Of a stretch of DNA of 64,000 nt, positions 21,517 through 34,078 are shown one piece after another. The notes beneath the pieces are model-generated. The model ran no database searches, was not told the origin of the DNA, and saw only the letters and a list, made by a program, of their open reading frames with translations. The stretch covers positions 1,364,001 through 1,428,000 of the forward strand of contig CM030332.1 of the NCBI GenBank assembly GCA_017654855.1, in the 5' to 3' direction. This stretch comes from Podospora anserina. Lineage: Eukaryota. Position 1 is the first letter of the stretch, and each line of letters begins with the position of its first letter. The translations under genes and the position numbers were made by a program.

Positions 21517-23172
21517 ATGGCTCCCCGTCCCTTTTGCTACATCGTCAGACCTGACACCCAACGCAGGACCAAGACTGGCCAGATTCAGGCTGTTCGTGGG
21601 CCCAATGTCCCGCTCATCGCTGTTGACGAACTTCCCGACTGGATTGAAATCTATGGGGTGCCCCGTGAAATCCCCAGCGAGCAGACGATTGGGCTTCAGA
21701 ACCTGGGGCTAATGTCCAAGAACTCGGAGCCCTATCTGGTGCAGCTTCACCAGAAAGTCTTTGCCGCCCGCCGTGAGCAATACCAGGGAGACGATTCAAG
21801 AGGTCAGGCTACCGCGGTGCCTTCAAGCAGTCCTGCTGTTCCTTCAAGCCGTCCCGCCGTTCCTTCAAACCGTCCTGCTGCTCCTTCAAGCAGTCCTACT
21901 GCGTCTCCTACAAGCCATCAGGCGACACTTTCGCCCCAAGCTCAACCCCAGGTTCCAGTCGCCAACACAGCACCTGCTACCAACTCGCCACGGCAACCAC
22001 CTCAGGCCATGTCCACAGCTATTCCTCAGACACAGGCTGCCCCGGCTGCTCAACCGGTACAGACCTCTGTTCCCGCCCACGCATCTGTCACCCAAGCGCC
22101 ACCACCGACATCTACTGTCCCGGCGGGACTCCTGACCTCGCGACACGCGCCCAAACCCCCGACAGCTAAACCGGCACAATCAGCACCGCAACCTACTACC
22201 GTTCAATCCCCCGCTACTCCCTGTCCCCCTCCACCTCCCCCAGAAACCCCATCATCAGCCCCAGCGCCTGCCCCTCCAGCAGCAGCCTCCCAGCCCGGAG
22301 CCCCTGCTCAGCAAACTGTCTCTATCACCACCACCACCGCCACCACCACTCAACCCCAACCCCCGCTCCAACCCGCTCCCCCAGGAACATCAACCTCCTC
22401 CCCCATCACCATCACCCCAGCACCCCAAGAACCCTGCCTCCACTACCTAAAATGGGGCAAATGCAAGTTCCAACCCCACTGTAAACACTCTCACCTCATC
22501 ACCCCCGCCTCCCTTGTCCTAGCCGGCTTCCCCTCCGGTTCTTTTCCTCCTTGGATCAAAAAACGAGTCTCCCGACTAAACAACAACAACCCCAACCCCC
22601 CCTCTCAACCCTCCCGCCCCCCTTACTACCCCCAGTGTCACTACCCCTACTCCTCCTCCTCCTCCACCACCACCACCACCACCACCTCATCCGACACCCA
22701 CTCCCTCACCTCCTCCTCCTCTTCCTCCAGCCCCCGGGTGAAGGTGGCCAAAAGAGGAACGGCAACCAAAAAAGTGAAAAAGCAGGAGAGACTGCTGCAG
22801 GAGATGCAACTCCGGCTTGAGAATCTAACTCTCAAGCAGAAGGAACGGGAGCTCAAAGTTGCGTTGATGAGGCAGCAGCAGCAATTGGGGTTGGGGTTGT
22901 CGGGGGGGAGTGGGGGTGGGTATGCAATCAACTCTCTCGGGGGGGTCGTCACCGCGACGACAACAAACAGTAAAAAGAGGCTGAGGTTGCCCAGACGGGG
23001 GAACACGCCTCTTGATCGGCAGAGGAAGCGGGTTAGAGAGGAAACACCGGAAGGGGGGAAGGTCGGGGTTGTTGGTGTGATGGAGGAGGGAAAGGGGAAG
23101 GAGGTTGTTGAGGAGGTCAGGAAGGAGGAAAGCACGGAAACCGAAAAGGGGGTGGTGCTGGTTGAGATTTAG
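21517..23172 (+). CDS. CCCH-type zinc-finger protein with Pro-rich linker
   Basis: GCCATGG start; N-terminal YIVRP...VPLIAVDELPDWI motif; C-x8-C-x5-C-x3-H (CLHYLKWGKCKFQPHCKHSH); C-terminal coiled-coil-like stretch. Confidence 0.8.
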   Translation: MAPRPFCYIVRPDTQRRTKTGQIQAVRGPNVPLIAVDELPDWIEIYGVPREIPSEQTIGLQNLGLMSKNSEPYLVQLHQKVFAARREQYQGDDSRGQATAVPSSSPAVPSSRPAVPSNRPAAPSSSPTASPTSHQATLSPQAQPQVPVANTAPATNSPRQPPQAMSTAIPQTQAAPAAQPVQTSVPAHASVTQAPPPTSTVPAGLLTSRHAPKPPTAKPAQSAPQPTTVQSPATPCPPPPPPETPSSAPAPAPPAAASQPGAPAQQTVSITTTTATTTQPQPPLQPAPPGTSTSSPITITPAPQEPCLHYLKWGKCKFQPHCKHSHLITPASLVLAGFPSGSFPPWIKKRVSRLNNNNPNPPSQPSRPPYYPQCHYPYSSSSSTTTTTTTSSDTHSLTSSSSSSSPRVKVAKRGTATKKVKKQERLLQEMQLRLENLTLKQKERELKVALMRQQQQLGLGLSGGSGGGYAINSLGGVVTATTTNSKKRLRLPRRGNTPLDRQRKRVREETPEGGKVGVVGVMEEGKGKEVVEEVRKEESTETEKGVVLVEI

Positions 23173-23822
23173 TTGTTTGACGAGATGGGTGGTCACAGGA
23201 ATGAGCATGAGGAGAGGCGAAAAATGGCATCATATTGTATTTCTTGTTGGCTACTGAGTTGAATCTAAATGCGATAGAGCTATCAATCTCAGTTAGCCAT
23301 TGCCCTCGCCCAATGAACAGAAAGTGAGTGACAAAGTCGAGAAAAGAGGCATGTCAGGAATAAGTGTAATGTGAGATAGTCCACACCGATGTCCCGAGGG
23401 GAATCTTGAGAATTGCAGAATTCTTGGAAGAATCATTCATCATGTTGCCTGGAGATAACGACAGAAAGGGAGAATAACTTACATCTTTATTCTTGATTGT
23501 GCCGCCGCATCAATTCCATGTTTCCAATTGGTCGTGTCAAGTTGAAAAAAGAATGGCAAAAATCGAAGGCTTTAAAATTTCTTAGTGGGCGGGGAGAAAA
23601 ATTGCTGCCAGGATTACGTAAGCGCTCTTCCATGCACCTTGACCAGGGTTAGGGTCACGACAGTGCCCCTATTTCTGCTATGCGTGTATGCTCAGTTCAC
23701 ATACATGTGTGCAATCTTTATCACAGAACCATACTTCACCACAAACCCATATTCTCTCATTCACCTCATACAGATAAGATACTACCACATACCCCATCCC
23801 TCATTAATAAGTGATACTAACC

Positions 23823-25957
23823 TCAAACAGCAGTAACCCCATTCACCCCCACCGCCTCGATCCTGTTCACCAACTTCTTCACACTCGTCCACTCTTCATT
23901 CCTCAGATTCTCCTTCCCGCCCAGGTCCGGCCCAACCTCAAACACCGTAACCTGCCCATCAATCCCACCAGTCGCCAACCTCTTGCCTTCTGACGGCTCC
24001 CAAGCAACCTTGTTCAAACTCTTGCTCAACATCGTCCTCCCGTCCTTCCTCGCGCTCGGGCTGATCCTCGCCACCGGTTCCTCCGTCTCAACAGTGATGT
24101 CCCACAGCTCCAACCACCCGGCACCATCCACAAGAGAGAAAACCCCCGGCTTCACCGGCGACCAGGCCGCATCATACACCACATCCTCCCTGACAAAGTC
24201 CAACAGCGGCGTAACCTGTGACTCGGTCCCCACAGCAGATCCCAGAGCGGCCACAACCGCAGAGGTGGCAGCCGGCGCCCTCACCTTCCAGAGCTTGACA
24301 CTCCAGTCCAAACTAGCAGACAAGACCAAATCGCCCAGATCCACCGGGCCCTTGGAAGGGTGAAAGTCAACCGACATGACCGGCGCCGCGTGGCCCTTGT
24401 AGCTAACCCTCGCATCAACACCCGCCTTGGCCCCGGCGCGATCATACCGATGGCAGGGATAAATCGTCCCTTCTTCTGATCCCACAAGAAAGAACGTCGG
24501 GTCTGCTTGCGGGAACGCAAGGCAGGTCGGGCTGAGATCCTCGTACTTGGCGGGCGCGGGAGTGACCAGTGTCATTGCCTCCTGTGGCTGCGTGAGCATA
24601 TCGACACTCCATCCGCAGACGGCACCGTCAGTAGAGCATGAGATGATGTTGTTTGCGTTTTGGGTGCCGACAATGTCGACTGAATACACTGGGTGGGTGT
24701 GGCCGAGGCCGGTGAGTGGTGTCTTCTGGACAGGCGCTGATCTAGCGCGCGTATCCCATAAAAGCACCTGGCCGCTGTAGGCACCACCGATGATCAGATT
24801 CGGGTGGAAAGGCGAGAATTTGGCGGTAAGAATGTCAGACTGAGCGTGAAAGACGAATTCAGGGCGGTCATGAAGGTGCATGTTCCAGACCTGCACAATG
24901 CCATCCGGGTCGTGGGGGGCGGTGGGGTTCTTGGTGTAAGATGCCAAAAGGAGTTCTGGGAATTTTGGAGAAAAGTCGATGGAGCTGATCATGCGTTTCT
25001 TGGACCAGCGTTCGTCATAGAATTGGGCAATTTCTCTGACCTTTCGCCGGCCTTTTCCTCCAGTGTTGCCGCTTTGTTCATCGTCATCGTCGAGGTTTGC
25101 AGCCTGAAGGGTGTAGTCGGTGAGGATATCGTACTCTTCGTCTAGCGCTTTCTCGATAACCTTGGTTGATCTTTCGACAAAGTCCATGAAATCGTCAGAC
25201 TGTGTAACCGCCTTCAATTCCTCGGCCGTCAAGGCCCGGACAGGAAAGTTCTCCTTGGCTGAAGCTTTCAGCGTCCCATCCGTCACAAGCTCTCTCGCCG
25301 CTTTCAACTCCTCCTCGATTTCTTTCCGAATATTTTCTCTTAGTTCCTCCTCTCGGTCTCGTTCCCTCCTGCTTAATCGCTTGTTGGGCGTAGCTGGCAC
25401 TGTATCTTCGAGGTCCGAGTCTGAAGCAGCTCGTGCTCTGGTTGGTGGTATCCATTCCTCTGTCGTTTGCACACCTTTGCTGTAAGAGAACACCTCCTTC
25501 ACCGGCGACGGAGGACACTCGTAGACTGTTTTTAACGAAACCGTCGAAAGAATCTGGGGCTGGGTTGGTGCAGGAACAACCTGGGCATTCGCAGGAACCT
25601 GAAATTCGGAAGTGGCCGCATTGCTGAGCTCGCCTCCGCTCAAAACACTGTTCGGTCTGCTCCCGCGGCGGGCGGGCGAGTTCATTCCTGTCGAGACAGA
25701 CACGGAGCGGCTGTCGCCCACCAGGCTATTAATCAGGTTTTCGATATCATGTCGCGAGGTGTGCCGACCGGGCATGGGCGAAACAAGCTACAGTGGTGTC
25801 AGCCAGCTACTTTGGACCCTAACTGCAGGACAGGACGCACCTCGCTGGGGGTTATGCTGCCACGACCAGCTGACTGGCTTGCCCGAAGCTCCCTCTGGCG
25901 CTTGAGCTCGGCCAGCTTGGCCTTCTTTGCGAGAATCTCCTCTCTTCGTTGTTGCAT
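23823..25957 (-). CDS. nudI: Cytoplasmic dynein intermediate chain (WD40)
   Basis: MQQRREEILAKKAKLAELKRQRELR N-terminus; intron 25788-25840; YSKGVQT light-chain-binding motif; FVERSTKVIEKAL; WD40 repeats. Confidence 0.93.
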
Positions 25958-26589
25958 GATTGCTGATTTCTATCCGCATCCCACGGCCAAGCCTAGGTTC
26001 AAGTTTGTTGAACTGCCAATTCGAGATATCTATCGTTCGTCTCGCAGTGGTCAGGAGGATCGAGAAAGAAGATAACGGAAAGTAAACAAAGCACGCCGTT
26101 GCTGCTGTGCTGTCTCCTATTTCGTTTGTTGTATGTACACAGTAGATAGCTGCTCTTTCATCCTTCATTGCGCGTCGCCCGCCTTTGCCCAGTTCGAACG
26201 CCTGCCCGCCCGCCCGCCGCGACCCTCCAGGCATGGACCAGGGGCCCGCCTACAATTACGCCCGGGAGTGCGCTAAATCACCTGATCTGCTCAAACTCTT
26301 GGCAAATGGCATTTGCTACCGCCCGCTGTGAGAGCTTCTTCCAGGCGGGTAGGAGGGACTTGTGGGGCTCCACGTCAAGCAAGCAACCTGCCGCTTCGCC
26401 TTAACCAAAAAAACCGCGAAAACTCCCGAGCTTCCCAAAACTTGTTCCAACCTCACCACACCCAACCCGCGCAAATCGACGACAAGCTCCGGCCACGGCC
26501 AATTCCTTTCTCCTCGACACCGAGTGCTTCCTCCCGCCCAGATCGAATTTCGAACCCCAGCCAATTCGATTGCCCCCAGATTCCTCAAA

Positions 26590-27129
26590 ATGGCCTCTTC
26601 CGGAGTCAACGTGAGTGGACACTGTTACCCCCCATCTGGCTCCCTCCACCCATTGCATAAGAGGAGGCTATAGACACAGGGCCACCTACCTTCCTACAAG
26701 TAATTGGCATGGCCCATACTTGGTATTCGGCTTCACAAGACCCAAAGCTCGAGACATAGCGCAAAATCCGCATCATGTGAAAGTATGGTCTTTCCACAAT
26801 CAAACTAACATGCACACCCAGGTCCTCCGGTACTCCGCCCTCGGCCTCGGTGTCGTCTACGGCTTCTACCACCAGCGCCAGATCTATGCTTCCGACCGCG
26901 CCGCCGCCGCCCAGCGCGAGTATGAGCACAAGCAGCAATTAATAGCCCAGGCCAAGAAGGCCTACGCTGCCAAGCACAAGCCCGCTGTCTCCGCGTCGTC
27001 TTCCGCCAGCCGTATGTTGATCTGAGGGTAGAGACATGAAACTCGGTAACTGACGCAGAACCTACAGAAGACATCAACAGCTCAAGCTTCGACCTCGAGA
27101 GCTTCATCGCCCAGCTGGACAAGGCCTAA
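26590..27129 (+). CDS. ATP21: Mitochondrial ATP synthase subunit e, 3 exons
   Basis: MASSGVN|VLRYSALGLGVVYGFYHQ (GxxxG)...LIAQAKKAY...FDLESFI; introns 26611-26821 and 27012-27067. Confidence 0.92.
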
Positions 27130-28210
27130 ACTGTCCGTCGACGAACTTGACGGATAGTGGTGGAAAAGGGAGGGGGATAATAGAGGTGGTAGATTTGGAA
27201 TGAGCGAACCGAATCTTTTCCGACCAGCGCACAACCAGCCCCTCTTGACTCGACTCGAACTCGCCCTTTGTGGATGTGGGAGGACGGTGGGAAAGACGAG
27301 GGAAGGGACGGAAAACCGAACGAAATGGATGGGACGAATGACATCAGCGCCGGAAATACCCTCACACAACCGGCCAATGTCACATCGTTGAGGTTTTGGG
27401 GGAAAGGGAACAAAACCCCAGAAAAACGGACAGGGCGAGCAAGGCGCGAAAGGAAGGGACGGCAGGGGGGTTTAAAGGCAAAATGGTGTTGTATTATTAC
27501 TGTCGCGGTTAAAAGCGCACAACTACCCACACGGCATTAAAGAGGCTTTTTTTTCGATCATCACACATACACACACACACACGCACTTACTTCTTTCTTT
27601 TTCACAAAAGGTTCCTGTGTACAATTGTTTTGTACATTATACTGATCTAGACAAGAGACGGGGGTAATAAAGGAACTGGAACAGAAGTAACTTGGGTCAT
27701 ATTCGGTGAAACTCGTTTGGGTGTACTCAGGGGGCAGGGGACACGAATATAGGTACGTGAATAGGGGCGGCCAGCCTAGCACTTGGAAGTCTGGACCAAC
27801 AAGCTCATGAGATTCAGCATGTCCAGACTCTGCATATTGGACTGTTCCACACCATATTCAGCAGACCAAGCTTGTTTACCACGCCAAACCCCTCCACCAA
27901 ACTTAGCATATTAAACTCACCATATCAAACTCAGGCCGCAAGCTCACCACACCATCATAACGGCATCTTCATCATCGTAGTCATTTGTCTCCGTCAAAGC
28001 AATCACTACTTATACAGTGACAGCAATCATCATGACAAGTCAGGGTTTGAATACTCCACAAAAAGCCCCTTGTAAAACGCCCTCCTAAAACCGCCATACC
28101 ATCGCACTTAAATCATCATTTGAGTAAGGTATCCTAACATGCGTCATAGTGTTCAACTCCAGTTACTCCCCCTCTACCAAACGCCTACTCTAACCCCTAT
28201 GCTACCCCCC

Positions 28211-30353
28211 CTAATGAGGAAAAATAAACCCTCCCGCCCCTTCAAACCCCCCCGGCGTAACAGGCGTAAACCCCGTGCTCCCTTCCACACCACCACCACC
28301 ACCACCAGTCCACAATTTCCCCTCAAGGACAGTCCTCTCAATCCGATCAGCAACCTCCATCAAACCCGCCGTCAACCCCCCACCACAACTCCCACCCATC
28401 AAACCCCGTAAACACCCCTCCGCGACCGCCAAACTAATATACTCATCATAATGACTAGGGGAACGACACGCCCTCTCCCTAAAGTCTTCCAGCTGCGTCT
28501 GCACCAACCTGACAATCTCCGCTTGGCTTGTTGCGTGTTGTTGCCTCCCATCCGTGGGTGGTAACTGAATCACATTCAGCGATAGTCTTCGACAGGACGT
28601 AACAAGATATAACATTGCAGCGCCAAAGCTGTCACGGCATATATCCAGCAGCGTGGCTGTTGAGCGGTGGGCGGCCCCCTCTGGTAGAGCTATGCTGCTG
28701 CTTGGGTAGTCGAGGCCATGACTTGGTTGATACCACGACTGGTGGACACTCAGAATCTCGAGAGACGAGTTGATTACGGCTTGGGAAGAGGCCGGGAATT
28801 GTCGGAACCTCGGTGCAGAAATATAGTGATGGTGGAGGGCTAGCAGGGAGCGGTTGACGAGGACTCTGAGGAATTCAAGTTGTATCCGAGGTCTGAAGGA
28901 GTAGTTTGCTTGCGATTGAGCTGCCATAAGCAACACGGATGCCGCTTCTCGAACTTTGCGACGGAGTTGCTCGTCCCAGGATTGGATTTTGTCATATTTG
29001 AGGGCCGTCTGAGCCGTGGTTTGGTTCACGGCGGTGGTGATTTCCGAGAGTATCGGAATGAGGTCGGATAGCCTTGTCTGGAAGGTGCCATCGGTCAAAG
29101 CAAGGTCTGATTTGGCGGCACCTTGCTCCAGGACCCAGCCTTGTCCGGTGTGGTAGATGCTGGTGTCGTTAATGTTTAATGGTGGCTCGGCGTCGTAGTC
29201 TTGATGTGTACATGATGTTCCTGTCCTCATGGCCACTTGCAGCTCCAGAAGCTGAATAGTAAGCCACAGTCTGCGGCGGATCTCGACTTCGTATGGCAAG
29301 AGTTCTGGGAACAAAGCAGATGTTCGGTTGAGATGCAGGGAGACCGCCATTCGACCGAGGTATCCCATGAGGCTGGCCAGCTGCGACGTCTCGCCACCCT
29401 TTACAATGTCCATTATTCTCGCGAGAACCCCAAGGCAAAGTGTTCGAGCCGAAGTAAGAGTAGGTGTCGAAACAAACGGTGACCGGCAAAGAAAGTACTG
29501 AGAACTGTTCAGGAACTGGTCCGTCCAAGAACTTGGCCGTCTTCCCGTACTGGCAAATACTTGTGCGGGGGCTGCTTGGCATCCCAACGCCAGTATCATA
29601 AAGAACTGAGCAAGCCATTCCTCGGAGAAATGGTTGACGTTCATCCAAAAGGCCTGGAGCTCAAACTCGTACTCGGCAGGGTGCAAAAGCCGGTATATCG
29701 GGTGGATAACCTCGAAATAACACCGTACCAATGTGTCGACAACAGGTCTTGGTGGTAAACTTTGAAGCGCATTTTCTCGGCTTTCTGAACAGTGGCATAT
29801 TTCGCCAAACGGAAAGTGGTGAACCGGAAGCGCGGCGACCAAATACTTTAAGCTCTGTAGGTGTCTGTATCTCGGCCCCCATTCGGGATCAAGGCCCGCT
29901 ATGTATGGCCAGCCTTCCTGAAACTAAAATGTTTCCTGTTAGCAAACATGCATGCTTCAGCGGAATCTGGTTCGTCTGTACCTCGGAAGCAACGGTGCTC
30001 CAGTGTGTGACACCGTGAAGTCTGGGTCTTGCTTCACTACCACTCGGGCCCGGTGTTGTTTGGGGGCTATCTCGTGCTGGACTTTGCGGTGTCTCTCCTG
30101 ACTCGCCACTTCCAGACTCATGCTTCGAACTGAAGGGGAATTTCTGGTATACACATTCATCGGCAGCGTCGGCCTGGATACAACGGGAGCAAGGCTGCCC
30201 TTTGTCGCATCTGAGCTTCCGTCGATGACATGGTATGCAAACGTAGACTCGTCTGTTTCGTTTTTGGGGTTTCCCTGTGCCTTCTGGGTTGGGCCGGTTT
30301 GGATCGAGGATAGAAAAGGTCGAAAAGTAACCTGCTGGCTGCTCTGATTCCAT
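28211..30353 (-). CDS. Zn(II)2Cys6 fungal transcription factor with fungal-specific TF domain
   Basis: CIPCHRRKLRCDKGQPCSRC....C; intron 29924-29981 joins in frame to the 543-aa ORF; motifs A..LHLNR and EIRRRLW. Confidence 0.92.
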
Positions 30354-32974
30354 AGTCGATGGGTTCTTCTTGGTGTGTCTTGATGATGGTGAAGCACACA
30401 CAATGTGGCATTTCCAACCTTGGGCAAGTAGACCCCTTGATTCCAAAAGGGGTGCCATCACAACTGTCCTGCTGATATGGGTCTCGGCAACCTAGGGTGT
30501 GGCGGGTGAGGTGGCTTCGCCAGCCTGAGGACAAGCAAAACAAATCTTCAAAAACCGATCAGGCAACAGTAGAATGTGAAGCAGGAGTGACGATATGTTT
30601 CCCATTCATGTTCCTCCTTGTGGTACTTGAACTGGCGGCTCAGACGCCAGGGGGGGCTCGAAACGAGTGCCATCGCCATGCGCCAGGCCCTGTTAGGTTA
30701 TGCCGAAAGGCACATCGCCAAGCCATTTTTTCCTTGTATTGCTGGATATCTCGACGCTCATAACTGAAGCTGTGATAGGGCTAATGATAGCCTGACGTCG
30801 AGATATTTCCTGTAATACCCGGTTTGGAAGGTTCTGTTGCACAGGTGGGCAGGCCCAGGATCACGGTTCGGGTCCGGGGCTCGGAATGAGCTCGCACTTG
30901 GAAGATTCGAGAGGTTGTTGAGATCATCTCGTCCAATCCGAAGAAAAGAATGGTCTCATACGGTGAGAAGCAGCAAGAAAAAAAGCCGCGCGGGTGTCAC
31001 CAATGAACCGATGGTGGTGGGAAGGAACCGTCTCCTTGGGTGCCTGGCTCCTGCCGTGTAACCACATGTCGCCCCTCGAGTGACTTTAGTGTAAAGTTTT
31101 GACAGGTTCATCAAGTGGAAAACCGAGCAGGGGTGTTTCGCTTTGGTCCAATATGTCTCCGTGTTTGAACGTTGAGGTTGTTGTTGGACCTGCCGAAGGA
31201 TGGATCCCCCCTGCCAACGACCGCTCAGTGACCAACCTTATTCTGTGGCTTACACAACAAACACCTAAACGTACCTACAAACAAGCCGAACTGAATATTA
31301 TATCCACTGCAAGGCAAACTTCAATATCATAAGGCTTAGGATTCTCAGTCAAAAGCATCTCAAGTCCACTCCTACCATGGGCAGTTCATCAAGACAATGT
31401 TGCTGGATTCCGCGGCAGTGACAAGCTGCTGACAGAAAAGCAGCCTTATACTAGTATTCAATTAGTATCGGACCTGTGCTCTTGATTCCGAGAGTGTATG
31501 AATTATTGACCTCGAATCCGACCCTCCCCCCAAAATATCCACGCCCTTTGGTTGTCATGTTGATGCCTTGCTCACTGCTTTAGTTGCAGTGCCAATTTCT
31601 CACCGCCTCGGCTTCTTGTGCAACAGGGAAAGTCCGTTTTTGTATATTTCGTTATCATCGTCCTTTCGCACATCTCAGGTTTGGCGTGGTTGTGCCTCTC
31701 AAGACAACCACCAACGTGTAACATCGCGCTTACATGTGCCGCATCTCGATTGCATGCTATTCTCTTTTCACTTTGTGCTACAACCCAAATTCGTCATCTT
31801 CCACCGCCGGCCGGCGGGGGACCAAAACCCCGCACTTTCCATAAACCAGGAGGTATTTCACAGCATCTTAACAACCTGAAGATCAGCAAGGTCACTCCGA
31901 CTCCGAGTGCCCTGATATGCTTCCTGAACTACAGCGAATTGTCCGAGATCACAGGGGTGGAATGTCGCGCTTAGACCTAGGTAATGGCTCATTCTCCATG
32001 CATCTCGTGTAACCCCAGATGGTTTATCTACCAGTTGACGTCTGACACCTCACAAGTAGCCTGCAGTCTGTTGACTAATCTAAAAGTCATATAAGTTCAA
32101 ATGGCCCCCACAGTGAGAGAAGAAGAAAAAAAGGTCAATTATGGGCATTACTACTCTGCACTATCACCAAACCAAAGTCCGAGCAGGGCGTCCGCCACGC
32201 CCTCAGAATCCCGTCTGAAGCAAAGACACCTCCTATTCTCACTAAAAGGCTTGTTACAAGCCGTGACGGGGTCGGATGATTTGCATTCTCGTAAGATATC
32301 CAATAACAGCAGCTGGTATAAACCGTCTACATTCCAACCCCTGCAGTTCCATCTCCCGAGTTACACACGGGAAAATCAAAAGACGAGAATATCAGCTCGC
32401 ACACCATCAAGAGAAAAAGCGGATTAGAGAACAGGTATCCTATCCTACTTCAACCCTTCAGTCCCCGGAATATGACCCCCCTCTACTTCTTCCATCATGA
32501 CTGAAACAGATCTTTGTATCAGTTCCCACCTTACCTGTGTCCTTATAAGAAGAAAGCAGACCACTACATTCTCACATGGCCCCTTTTGCATTCCACCCTC
32601 CCCTCCCCTTTTCCTCTCCCCATTCTCCCCAGTCACCTACCTACCTAACCCCAAACCACTCCCAACCATCCTTCCAGCTTCCCCCCAGCTTCATCCTCCT
32701 TCTGTACCTATATCCAGCCAACCAACCCACCCCCCTTCATCCAAAGTCCACAACAACCCCCTTCTCTCCCAGAGCCCCATCACTTACTCTCTCAATCACA
32801 TATACGTACCTAGGTATGTAATAATAAATCAAGACCATCTTCGATACCAACCCAGCTCATCAGATAGCCACACCGTGCCACAAAAGAAGAGAGAACCTCC
32901 ACGGAGCCCACTATTTATCCAACCGACGGCCACCCCCCAACCCCCTCAATAAAGAATATAACTAATACTTCGAA

Positions 32975-33104
32975 GGGATACTTGTTGAGCGTTAAAGATA
33001 TTTAACAAGCCTTAAAAGATAATTAAAAGACCTGAAAAGATAATTAAAAGGCCTTGAAAGATAGTTTAAACGCTTTAAAAGATAGTTTAACGGCCTTGTA
33101 TAGG
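32975..33104 (+). repeat. Degenerate 21-bp-period AT-rich tandem array
   Basis: AAGATA at 32995, 33016, 33037, 33058 and 33079; ends in TTGTATAGG. Confidence 0.85.
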
Positions 33105-34078
33105 CAGGGTAAGTAAATAGACATGGATGGGCGGCGCTGGTAAGACAAATCGGGGGCTCGGTAGAGGTTCTCTCCAAAAGAATGCCATCTAACATGTTAG
33201 AGGATGAATTCGACCCAGATTCATTTTAACAAAAGTACTCTTGCGAAACCTAGCAGCAGTCAAGCAGCATCTTCACCTTGCCAAATTCCACTCCACGTTA
33301 GAAAGAAAGTTGCATGAAGCTAAGTAAGTAGGTGACAACCAGACAACCTCTCCTCATTTTCTTGTTTACATAGGTACCTATCAGACGAAACACAAGAACC
33401 ATAAACCAAAACCAATAACTAACTCTGATCATGTCTCTTCTTCAAATATGTACTTTCCGATATGGTATTCGCTATCTATTGCTTCTTTTTTAACATTCCA
33501 TGTTTCCACACACACACACAAAACTTGTGCTCTTGTCATCATAAACTCTGATATTCGGTGCTGTGCTGTGGCTGCTTTGCTACTGGGTATTTATTTTCCT
33601 TCCTCCATGTTTGTTTTCCCTTCTCTTCCCTCCTCAAACTCATCGCGTCTTCTCAAATGCCATTGCTTGCCAACGCAACGCTCTCCAACTCAAGGCTCTC
33701 CCAAAATGCTACAATCGCATTGTGCATGTTCCCCGCTACCACCCTCCCATTACCTCGGATCAGCCATAGGTAACTGCTGGCTGCCGCTTGGCTTTTCTCT
33801 CATCACCGGCAATATTCCGCTTCGGGGCTTGAAAGCACGGCATAAAAATGTCTTGGTCGGTATGCCGTTTCTCCCCGTCGCAAAATCAGGCGTGTGCAAA
33901 ATATCTCCCGCCTTTCAAGTAATATCAAACATGGGCGGGAAAAGGCAAGGCTGTGAATACGAGAACCTCTCGGCCCTAGACGTCGGATTTGCGCGCAAAG
34001 GGATTACCGGGTCCACCAAATGTGCAAGTTGAAAAGAAATCAACGTAACTCTCGTAAAACCAGCGTGGTGCTGGCACT

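Noticed and set aside
23170-23262. About 29 open codons after the TAG of the CCCH gene
   Set aside because: Length is within chance expectation and there is no motif to support readthrough.
30500-32950. Scattered 60-150 aa ORFs between the Zn2Cys6 gene and the 21-bp array
   Set aside because: No domain, consistent codon pattern or splice chain recognised; treated as intergenic.
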